A DNA stretch of 36,231 nucleotides from Nitrospinota bacterium (GTDB taxonomy: Bacteria > Nitrospinota > Nitrospinia > Nitrospinales > VA-1), in assembly GCA_038108555.1 (NCBI GenBank), contig JAYNIA010000024.1:1-36231 (forward strand), in the 5' to 3' direction. Made by a program: the position numbers and the translations under genes. Positions 1 through 7,614 of the stretch are shown here, piece after piece. Position 1 is the first letter of the stretch; each line of letters starts with the position of its first letter. The notes under the pieces are model-generated. The model had not been told where the DNA came from. It searched no databases and was given only the letters and a program-made list of their open reading frames with translations.

Positions 1-132
1 TTTGCGATATGATTGGAATTGTGTACCTTATTGAACTTAGGGGGTTTTCAGTTCCGGCAGAAAAAACCCGGTTTTGGCCTCTGATGTTCGATCTCTATTT
101 GAGTTATTTTTTAATCGGAGAATATTCCATTC

Positions 133-969
133 ATGGCTTCACCCCTTGTTTCAGTGATTATCCCGACTTTCAACAGAAGTTACTGTCTGGAAGAAAGCAT
201 TCGGTCGGTTTTGCTCCAAAGTGGATTTGAATTGATTGTTGTGAATGACGGTTCCACCGATGACACGGAAAAAATACTGGCAAATTTTCCTGAAATTGAG
301 GTCATAAATCTGCCCGAAAACCGTGGGGTATCCTATGCCAGAAATCGTGGGATTGAGAAGGCGAAGGGATCGCTGATTTGCTTTTTGGATTCAGATGACT
401 TATGGGAAAGAGGAAAGCTGGAGGCCCAGGTCCGGTGGATGAAGGACCACCCGGAATGCATGGCGGTTTATACCGATGAGATATGGATTCGTAACGGGGT
501 CCGCGTCAATCCCATGAACAAGCACCAGAAATATTCCGGAGATATCTTTAAGCAATGCTTGCCCTTGTGTATTGTGAGTCCTTCCTCGGTTATGGTACGT
601 AAATCCGTTTTGGAGGAAGTGGGCGGATTCGATGAGTCGATGCCGGTGTGTGAAGATTACGATCTCTGGTTGCGAATTGCGGTTCGCCATCCTTTCAAAT
701 TTTTAAACGAGAAGTTGATTGTAAAAAAGGGCGGGCATAAAGACCAGTTATCGCGCAAATACTGGGGGATGGATCGATGGCGTGTCCATGCCCTTGAGAA
801 ACTTTTGCGCGGGGACGATCTGACCTCACAACAGCGGGAATGGGTGGTTGAATCATTGGTGGAAAAAAGCAATATTCTGATTCAGGGTTTTGAAAAAAGA
901 GGCAAGATAGAGGAAGCCGAGGTTTACCGGAACCTGGTGGCTGAATATTCAGTGGATTGGATAGGTTGA
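133..969 (+). CDS. Glycosyltransferase family 2 (GT-A fold)
   Basis: N-terminal VSVIIPTFNR, VVNDGSTD, GVSYARNRG, FLDSDD (DxD) and EDYDLW motifs typical of GT2. Confidence 0.93.
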   Translation: MASPLVSVIIPTFNRSYCLEESIRSVLLQSGFELIVVNDGSTDDTEKILANFPEIEVINLPENRGVSYARNRGIEKAKGSLICFLDSDDLWERGKLEAQVRWMKDHPECMAVYTDEIWIRNGVRVNPMNKHQKYSGDIFKQCLPLCIVSPSSVMVRKSVLEEVGGFDESMPVCEDYDLWLRIAVRHPFKFLNEKLIVKKGGHKDQLSRKYWGMDRWRVHALEKLLRGDDLTSQQREWVVESLVEKSNILIQGFEKRGKIEEAEVYRNLVAEYSVDWIG

Positions 970-974
970 AATTC

Positions 975-2096
975 ATGCTGAGACATTGGTTTTATTTTCT
1001 GATTGTGGTTTGTTTGGGATTCCAGGGCATTGCGGGAGCCGGCTCAAAGACTGCAGGCGTCATGCAAAAGCTCCGCGAGGACTGCAAGCAGTTATTGGTC
1101 GAAACCTATAAAAGCGAGAACTCCTTTGTTCGTGCGGCTGTGATGCGGGCGGCTGGGGAGTCTCATGACCCTGATTTGGTACCCCTCCTTGAAAAAGGAA
1201 TCCACGACTATTATCCCACCGCGCGCTTATTTGCTCTACAGGGATTAAAAGAAGTTTCCTCCTCGGCAGCATTGGCTGCAGCCCGTGAGTTGACAGATGA
1301 TTCAGATATTTGGGTGCGCAGCGCGGCTGTAGAAATGCTGGGAGATGAAGGGGGAGCCGAGGCAAGGGAGGAAATTCGCGGCTATCTAAAGTCCTACGAT
1401 GTGCCCATGAAGCTGGCCGCATCTGCAGGACTGGTCAAGCTGGGGGAAAAAGATTATATGGAAGAGGTATTAGATCCATTGACCCATCCCATTCCAGACC
1501 GCCGCTATCAGGCCATCGGTTATCTGGGCAAGATAGGCGGGGAGAAGGTGTTGCCGCATCTGGTAAAATTGTTGGATCATACGGAGCCGGAGATGGTTTA
1601 TTCCTGTTTGAAGGCTTTGGAAGGGAAGGCCACTCCGGAAATGTTGCCCAAGTTGAGAGAACTGGCGAAACATTCCAACGCGTCCATTCGCCAGGCGACC
1701 GCCATGGCCATGGGTAATATAAAAAATGCAGAGAATGATTTAATTCCACTCTGTGCCGATGAAGATGGTTTGACCAAGCTATCAGCTGCTGTTGCTTTGA
1801 ACCAGATCGGTTCTGATTCTTGTCAGGTGGTGTTTGAGGAACTGCTGAGTCATGAAGATTTTAAGGTGCGTAGCTCCATGGCTCGTGTGTTGGGGAAAAC
1901 CCCTGTTCCCCAGAGACTGAAAATATTAACGGCTGTGCTGAAAGACTCCCACTCCCGGGTCCGAATTGCCGCAGTGAGAGGTGTGGGAATGATGGGAGGC
2001 CCCGAAGCCTTTCCTTTGCTTGTGAGAATGCTGGAAGACCCAAAAGAAGCCATTCGCGCCTATGCAGCAGGCAACCTGATTCGTCTTTTGAATTAA
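975..2096 (+). CDS. Exported HEAT/PBS-lyase-repeat protein
   Basis: ATG at 975 follows the GT2 stop. Hydrophobic N-terminal signal (MLRHWFYFLIVVCLGFQGIAGA). About 31-aa repeats of the form L-D-x-x-x-x-VR-x-x-AA-x-x-LG run through the protein. Confidence 0.85.
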   Translation: MLRHWFYFLIVVCLGFQGIAGAGSKTAGVMQKLREDCKQLLVETYKSENSFVRAAVMRAAGESHDPDLVPLLEKGIHDYYPTARLFALQGLKEVSSSAALAAARELTDDSDIWVRSAAVEMLGDEGGAEAREEIRGYLKSYDVPMKLAASAGLVKLGEKDYMEEVLDPLTHPIPDRRYQAIGYLGKIGGEKVLPHLVKLLDHTEPEMVYSCLKALEGKATPEMLPKLRELAKHSNASIRQATAMAMGNIKNAENDLIPLCADEDGLTKLSAAVALNQIGSDSCQVVFEELLSHEDFKVRSSMARVLGKTPVPQRLKILTAVLKDSHSRVRIAAVRGVGMMGGPEAFPLLVRMLEDPKEAIRAYAAGNLIRLLN

Positions 2097-2878
2097 TATC
2101 CCAGGCTGACTTCACCTGAATCGAAGGCGGTTTCTTCTCCAGATTCATTAACGATAACCAGCCTTCCCAGGGCGTCTAACCGAAGGGCTATTCCTGAAAT
2201 GCTTTGCTTGCCTTTTTTGAGGGTGATGGTTTTTCCAAACAGGTCGGTATTAAGGCTCCAGTTCCGGATAATATTTTCCACCCTGTTATTTTGGAGTTCT
2301 TCGTACTGCAAATCTAATTGCGTGACCAGGTGTTTGATTAAAGAAGTCCGGTCAATATTTCGTCCCGATTCGAGTTTGAGAGAGGAGGCAATATTTTTTA
2401 TTTCTGGAGGAAACTGGGAGTGGTTCACATTGATACCGATTCCAATGATTACTGCGGGCCGTTCTGTGGAGTGGTTTTCACATAAAATCCCGGCAATTTT
2501 TTTGCCATTCAATAAAAGGTCGTTGGGCCATTTTAGCAGAGCGGGCTGGGGTGTAAATTCATTCACCGCATTGAGGGTGGCCAAACCTGCCATTAATGTA
2601 ATGAGTGGCATTTTTTCTGGAGGGAGGTTGGGACGAATTAAAGTCGAGAAATAAATGCCCATTCCCGGTTCTGAGTGCCAGACCCTTCCTAAACGGCCTT
2701 TTCCCCCGGTTTGGCTGTCTGCAATGACAATAAGGCCTTCCTCGTTGGGGGAATCCAAAAGGGCACGGGCTATTTCTGCATTGGTGGAATCGGTTTCCTC
2801 GAGAAAACGCCATTTCCTGGGGTTTTTTGAGGGCATATTTTGCAAAATGGAGAGGTCGATATCTGTTGAATGGGACAA
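2093..2878 (-). CDS. birA: Biotin--[acetyl-CoA carboxylase] ligase, no N-terminal HTH (group I)
   Basis: Motifs DSTN, QTGGKGRLGRVW, KWPND, KIAGIL and GIGINV. The start is uncertain: TTG 2878 preceded by AAGGA, or ATG 2836. The ORF-track extension to 3169 is not credible. Confidence 0.93.
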   Translation of the reverse strand: MSHSTDIDLSILQNMPSKNPRKWRFLEETDSTNAEIARALLDSPNEEGLIVIADSQTGGKGRLGRVWHSEPGMGIYFSTLIRPNLPPEKMPLITLMAGLATLNAVNEFTPQPALLKWPNDLLLNGKKIAGILCENHSTERPAVIIGIGINVNHSQFPPEIKNIASSLKLESGRNIDRTSLIKHLVTQLDLQYEELQNNRVENIIRNWSLNTDLFGKTITLKKGKQSISGIALRLDALGRLVIVNESGEETAFDSGEVSLGY

Positions 2879-3058
2879 ATTTAATTCCTTGAATTTTAAA
2901 GTGTAGCCTTCGAAAAAGCGGATATTTACTATTGTAAGGGGAAAACCACAAAAAATGATTGAATTGTTGCAAAAAAATTGATAAAAAGCGTACTTCAAAG
3001 TGGTTCCAGATAACAAAACTTTGCCTGGAATCAAAACTTTTTGAGAGGAGAAGGCTGG

Positions 3059-3184
3059 ATGAAAAAGTTGGTAGCTTCCTTTATTTTGGTTTCTTTGGTA
3101 ATGGTTTTGTCCTCCTGTTCGCTGGAGCAGAAATGCTATGAAGGTGAATGCGAGAAACCTGAAGGTCACGAAGAGAGTAAATAA
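3059..3184 (+). CDS. Small 41-aa putative lipoprotein (not in ORF track)
   Basis: Translates to MKKLVASFILVSLVMVLSSCSLEQKCYEGECEKPEGHEESK. GAGGAG RBS at about 3043-3048, MKK plus hydrophobic core plus LSSC lipobox, followed by a terminator. Confidence 0.75.
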   Translation: MKKLVASFILVSLVMVLSSCSLEQKCYEGECEKPEGHEESK

Positions 3185-3215
3185 TCAGAACGATTTTGAC
3201 TGAATTCATTTAGAT

Positions 3216-3240
3216 GGCGGGGAGTTCCTCCCCGCCTTTT
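3216..3240 (+). terminator. Rho-independent terminator
   Basis: GGCGGGGAG-TTC-CTCCCCGCC forms a perfect 9-bp stem followed by TTTT, just after the small lipoprotein gene. Confidence 0.8.
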
Positions 3241-3316
3241 GAATGTCCTCCTCTTTTATGTTTTTTCAGGTGTCCTTTCTTTTCTTTCCCCCTGGGCGTT
3301 CGTCCTTTCTAATCCC

Positions 3317-3347
3317 TTGACAGTACCTGTTGCCGGAGTGTTACAAT
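3317..3347 (+). promoter_or_regulatory. Putative sigma70 promoter for the radical SAM unit
   Basis: TTGACA (3317-3322) and an extended -10 TGtTACAAT (3339-3347). The 19-bp spacer is longer than optimal. Confidence 0.45.
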
Positions 3348-3520
3348 AGTTTTTCCTATAACAATTAGTAGTTGTTGCCAGATTTTTGAATGTATGATTT
3401 TTATCTGACTTTATAATCTGGTGAGATGGCTGAAAATTGAGGGTTTGGTCTGGGACGTTCTCTGTTTATTTTCCCGATCAAACTTTTTCTTTTTTGATTT
3501 TGGGAATAGAGAGGAAACGA

Positions 3521-3850
3521 ATGACAGAAAATTATCCTATTACAGTCGATGAGGTACGGGATGCTCAGGAGCACTTTAAAAATGGCAGTATTGAGCATGA
3601 AAACAAAAATTATAAAGAGGCCATTGAAGCATTTAAAAAATCGATAAGCATTCATCCCTTTGATGAAAACCATTTGGATGAATTTGAAAAAAAGTTGAAG
3701 GCGGGAAGTTACAAACTTCAACAGGAAAGCATTGGTTACATGGGTTGTGCAGCTGTGCACCTTAATGAGATGATTCACGGTTTGGATGAAGATCAGAAAC
3801 TTGAAGTGCCTGTTGATGAGTCCTTAATGAATACTTTTAAAGAATGGTAG
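3521..3850 (+). CDS. Hypothetical helical protein with a single TPR-like segment
   Basis: GAGGA RBS before ATG 3521. HFKNG...NYKEAIEAFKKSISIHP is TPR-like. The stop is 3 nt before the next ATG. Confidence 0.8.
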   Translation: MTENYPITVDEVRDAQEHFKNGSIEHENKNYKEAIEAFKKSISIHPFDENHLDEFEKKLKAGSYKLQQESIGYMGCAAVHLNEMIHGLDEDQKLEVPVDESLMNTFKEW

Positions 3851-3853
3851 GCA

Positions 3854-5065
3854 ATGTCGGTTCAGGAAAAAGAATTTCTTTACAATATATTTCGTAAAGA
3901 AATAAAAGACAGGAAAATTCCTTTGAGCCTCGGAAAAACCTGTCCGGTCAAATGTACTTTTTGCTATGAAATGGATCATAGTTATCGGAAGACATTTGAA
4001 ACCCCATTGACCACACAAGAGCATTGGGAATTTATTTTTAATGAAATAAAATCCTTCCCCACGCGAGAGTCTGAATCCTGGGTGCTGGGAGGCAATGAAT
4101 ACATGGAGTGGACGGACTTGGCCCTTCACCCCAAAGCCATGGATTGGATTGAGCAGTTTCTGGAAGAAACGGATAAAAAAATCACGGTATTTTCGGTGGG
4201 TTATTTTGATCCCGCCAGAATCAACCGCCTTGCAGAAAAACATCCCGGCCGGATCAATTTTGAGCTTTCTGTTATTACATTGGGATCTTATCGGCAAAAA
4301 TTGATGCCGAAGGGACCCACCGTGGATCAGGTGATGGCAGTGCTGGATGGGCCTGCAGTCACTTCTGCCAATTTTTATTCCTTTGGTCCGGGTTCTATGT
4401 CGGAGGATGCAAAAAATATCTCTAACATAAACAAGAATTGCCTGTTGTGGATGGGTTGCCTGACTCCACTTAAATACATTGATGCAGATACCACAAAATT
4501 AATGCGGCAGGGTAAAAGGTTTCTTCCTGATGAAGCAAAGAAAATTTACGATATGAATTTGCCCAATATCCAAATGATCCATACCGAGTCCGATATCACC
4601 GCTTTTTTAAACCGGAATAAGATTATTAAAACATTTGATGCCTGTGAGCTGGAGAAAAAGGATTGGATTGTAATGGCAGGAAATGTCCACCGAATTTTGA
4701 GCCTGTTTCGACCCGGTCGTGCGCGTTTTATGTATGTTCCCAACGCAACCCTTGGCGGGGATTCGGATTGTACGACCTTGCTGACATTTGACGATGTGGC
4801 TAAGAGAATTACCAATCAGAGGGTGATTCATCTGCCCCGGGTCATTATGGAAAAATCCTCCAATGATGAGAGGGATATTTCTGGCAAGTCGTTTGACGAG
4901 TTTAAAGAAGAATTCCCCCATGTCCGGTTTAAGGTGATGCATAAAATAAACTCGGACCTTTCCAATAAAAAATTGTATGAGAAGGGTTATTTGAAAAATT
5001 ATGTTGAGGGGTACTTGAACAATCCCTTGTCCAAAAAATTTGAGAATGTAGCGTATCCTAACTGA
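3854..5065 (+). CDS. Radical SAM protein, DUF512/Mmp10-like (putatively cobalamin-binding C-terminus)
   Basis: CxxxCxxC motif CPVKCTFC. ELSVITLGSYRQKLM and the C-terminal VPNATLGGDSDCTTLLTFDD...HLPRVIM resemble DUF512-family motifs by eye. Radical SAM is secure; the subfamily is inferred. Confidence 0.8.
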   Translation: MSVQEKEFLYNIFRKEIKDRKIPLSLGKTCPVKCTFCYEMDHSYRKTFETPLTTQEHWEFIFNEIKSFPTRESESWVLGGNEYMEWTDLALHPKAMDWIEQFLEETDKKITVFSVGYFDPARINRLAEKHPGRINFELSVITLGSYRQKLMPKGPTVDQVMAVLDGPAVTSANFYSFGPGSMSEDAKNISNINKNCLLWMGCLTPLKYIDADTTKLMRQGKRFLPDEAKKIYDMNLPNIQMIHTESDITAFLNRNKIIKTFDACELEKKDWIVMAGNVHRILSLFRPGRARFMYVPNATLGGDSDCTTLLTFDDVAKRITNQRVIHLPRVIMEKSSNDERDISGKSFDEFKEEFPHVRFKVMHKINSDLSNKKLYEKGYLKNYVEGYLNNPLSKKFENVAYPN

Positions 5066-5127
5066 ATTTATAAGAATGCAGTTTGAACTAAATAGGGCGG
5101 TGGCCCTGTTTAAGAAAGGGAAATAAA

Positions 5128-5310
5128 ATGCAGTATAAGCTGAAAATTGTATTTGTAGATAGTCAGGAACTTATCCTTGAAAATACCGAAAAGCATGGTT
5201 TCAGCGATGATTTGGAATTATTTGAAGTAACCACAGCCGACGAAATTTTTGTTGTCCCACTCAAACAGATAAAATATATTGCGTGCGATTCAAAAATATT
5301 TAAGAATTGA
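5128..5310 (+). CDS. Hypothetical 60-aa beta-rich protein
   Basis: AAAGGG RBS upstream. Alternating hydrophobic pattern (YKLKIVF, FEVTT, IFVVPLKQIKYI). Confidence 0.7.
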   Translation: MQYKLKIVFVDSQELILENTEKHGFSDDLELFEVTTADEIFVVPLKQIKYIACDSKIFKN

Positions 5311-5334
5311 TTAAACTCCCCCCTTATTAAAATA

Positions 5335-5724
5335 CTAAAATTGAATTCGTGCCTTTTTCAACCAGGATTCCTCGTTAAATTTCCCCTGGCAATAATTTTC
5401 AAATAGAGTTTCATTAATCGTCAAAGACTTCCCATCAATCATATTCGCCTTGCTTATTGGGGGCGGATTTTGGGATTTGTCTTTGGGATGCTTGGACTCT
5501 ACAGGTTCCAGTTTATAGACCATAGAGTTATTGTTTTTATCAGAAATCATTTCATACAACTCATCCAGGCTTAGAAATAAATTTAAAACTGCCATTTGAT
5601 CCGCCTGCTGCTCATCTTTGAGTGATATCAGAATTTTTTGTACCTCTTTAGAAGAAACGATGGCTTTTAAAATGGCATCGTTTAAATTTTCATATTCTTT
5701 TTCAAAAAAATCTTCTGAGTCCAT
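5335..5724 (-). CDS. Hypothetical protein
   Basis: 129-aa ORF with a GAGGAG-like RBS upstream and a sigma54 consensus about 50 nt upstream. Confidence 0.75.
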   Translation of the reverse strand: MDSEDFFEKEYENLNDAILKAIVSSKEVQKILISLKDEQQADQMAVLNLFLSLDELYEMISDKNNNSMVYKLEPVESKHPKDKSQNPPPISKANMIDGKSLTINETLFENYCQGKFNEESWLKKARIQF

Positions 5725-5773
5725 ATCCGGGAGCTCCTCGACTTGGTTAAAGTTTATTGATTAATCTTTAATT

Positions 5774-5789
5774 AGCAAAACCTGTGCCA
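5774..5789 (-). promoter_or_regulatory. Sigma54 (-24/-12) promoter
   Basis: The minus strand reads TGGCAC-AGGTT-TTGCT, matching TGGCAC-N5-TTGCW exactly and oriented toward 5335..5724. Confidence 0.8.
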
Positions 5790-5999
5790 TTTACAATGTT
5801 TGATTTTGGGTCTTTATAACCCGTTTATCTTTAAGGGTTTATATGTTTTGTGGAGGTGTTTGAGGGATCGGGACTTTTGACACTTAAAAACTGTTTTTTG
5901 ACTGTTTAAGGGTTTTCCAGGTTTTTTGATTCGATTAAAGTACTTAAAAAAATAAGGGGTGAGGTAAATTTAATTGATTTAGAGCCATTTAAAGATATA

Positions 6000-6028
6000 T
6001 TGAAATAAGTGGCCTCTGGTATTAGAAT
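6000..6028 (+). promoter_or_regulatory. Putative sigma70 promoter of the XRE-PBP operon
   Basis: TTGAAA, a 17-bp spacer, then TAGAAT, about 40 nt upstream of ATG 6070. Confidence 0.6.
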
Positions 6029-6069
6029 TAAACTAGATGTAAAGCATACGTTTGGGGTGGGGTGAATTT

Positions 6070-6711
6070 ATGTCAATTCTGGCAAAAAATTTAAAGACAA
6101 TTCGAAAAGAATTGGGTTGCACTCAGTCGGTGATGTCGGAAATTTTAAAGGTTGGTTTTAGAACCTTTGTTCGATATGAGGCCGGTGAGAGAGATGCTCC
6201 TGTTTCTGTTCTTGTAAAGATCGCTCGTTTAGGAAATATATCACTGGAACAATTATTGACCACGGGTATCGAGCCCAATGACATAGCCCCGCTTGAAAAA
6301 ATAAATAAAGGGGCCAATCCCGTCCAAATTGAGTCTATCGACTTTAAAGCCGGGTATGTGGATTTTAAAGACCCCGAGCATCAGGAAATGATGACGATCG
6401 ATGACCCGGAAAAGCGTATTCTGACCCTGTTTAGAAAAATGCCCCCCCGTTTGAAAAAAGATTGCCTGGAGTCTATGAGTCAAATTGTTGAAACGGGTAA
6501 AGTGGTGAGTCGGCTTTCTGAAAAAGCTGGCAAGGGGCGTACGGGTAAAAGAAAGATGACTCCGAAAGTAAAAATTCCTATTAAAACGCCCCCCAAACCA
6601 AAGACCAAAAGAAAACCGGGCAGGAAAAAACTGGATAAAAAAGCTTTGCAAGAAAAGATAGACAAGCTTAAAATGGTTACCCGGACTATTAATAAAATCA
6701 CCGTGAGATAA
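6070..6711 (+). CDS. XRE-family HTH transcriptional regulator with Lys/Pro-rich C-terminal tail
   Basis: LAKNLKTIRKELGCTQSVMSEILKV...RYEAGERDA...ISLEQLL is an HTH_3 pattern. ATG 6070 follows GGGGTG. Confidence 0.88.
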   Translation: MSILAKNLKTIRKELGCTQSVMSEILKVGFRTFVRYEAGERDAPVSVLVKIARLGNISLEQLLTTGIEPNDIAPLEKINKGANPVQIESIDFKAGYVDFKDPEHQEMMTIDDPEKRILTLFRKMPPRLKKDCLESMSQIVETGKVVSRLSEKAGKGRTGKRKMTPKVKIPIKTPPKPKTKRKPGRKKLDKKALQEKIDKLKMVTRTINKITVR

Positions 6712-6717
6712 AAATTT

Positions 6718-7614
6718 GTGAAATTTGCCGGTGTCAGAAGGTCGTGGCACAGTGTGGCAGGGTTAGTCATTCTTTCCGCTTTTCTTTCCCTTGAGTTTTA
6801 TACCAACCTGTTTGAAAAAAGTGTCGGTTATTACTTAAAATGGCAAAACCATAAACGACCCCAATTAGGTCGTATGTGGGAGCGGGATAGGCAGTCCCTC
6901 ATCGCACAAGCCCAGATTCAATCCATTCGTTCCTCCCTGGATATTCAGGAGGAAAATGCGTCTGGAATTTCCTCCCTCAAACAACTATTTGAAAATGTTG
7001 CTCCGGGTTTTCAATTGGTTGTTACCCGCGAAAAATTCCTGCAGTTGTTTTTCGATTTTCCCGGTCAGGGCTCGGAACAAATCATTTCTCCCTACGATTT
7101 AATCAGTCTGGATTCCACAAAGCAATGGGATAGTGTTTTACTAAAGAGGTTTGGTCCCTGGGTGACGGTCCAATTTCTGGATCGAAAAAATATTCCTGTC
7201 CACGAAGTATTCTTGTCCGTGGATACTATTTTAGATGTTCAGGCAACCCATTCCATCAAGCGGGGTACCCTCGAAGATTCCAATTTCAAACCCAATCGTA
7301 TTTTCAAAATAGATGAAGTGTTGCCGGTATTGAAAAGCCTGGATCCGGTAACTCAGAAGGCAGTATTTCCTGATCCTCGATGGTTCTTGGAAAAGAATTA
7401 TTTTCTCACCCGTGTAGGAATTTCTGATGGGGTAGAGAGTGAGACTTCTGAAACCAACCTGGTTTTAGGGATCGAATACGATACGGATTATTACACAGGT
7501 GTATTGTTCATTCCGGTTGCCTTGGAACTGGCCAACAATATTCTTTCGCAAATTGACAGATCTGATGCCCCGGTAGAAGGGCAGGGGCAGTCTGCATTAG
7601 AGGTGATTCCTTGA
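6718..7614 (+). CDS. Hypothetical N-terminally membrane-anchored protein
   Basis: 298-aa ORF with one N-terminal hydrophobic segment. The stop overlaps the PBP start (TTGA). Confidence 0.8.
   Translation: MKFAGVRRSWHSVAGLVILSAFLSLEFYTNLFEKSVGYYLKWQNHKRPQLGRMWERDRQSLIAQAQIQSIRSSLDIQEENASGISSLKQLFENVAPGFQLVVTREKFLQLFFDFPGQGSEQIISPYDLISLDSTKQWDSVLLKRFGPWVTVQFLDRKNIPVHEVFLSVDTILDVQATHSIKRGTLEDSNFKPNRIFKIDEVLPVLKSLDPVTQKAVFPDPRWFLEKNYFLTRVGISDGVESETSETNLVLGIEYDTDYYTGVLFIPVALELANNILSQIDRSDAPVEGQGQSALEVIP

Noticed and set aside
2879..3169. N-terminal extension of birA in the 358-aa ORF
   Set aside because: It has no HTH features and is the antisense of the better-supported lipoprotein gene and the divergent promoter region.
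3059..5065. 41-aa Cys-containing peptide as a RiPP (sacti/ranthipeptide) precursor for the radical SAM enzyme
   Set aside because: The peptide looks like an exported lipoprotein and is cut off by a terminator, and the enzyme shows no RRE or SPASM features.
6070..6711. XRE gene as a prophage repressor
   Set aside because: There are no phage or integrase genes nearby and no S24 peptidase domain.
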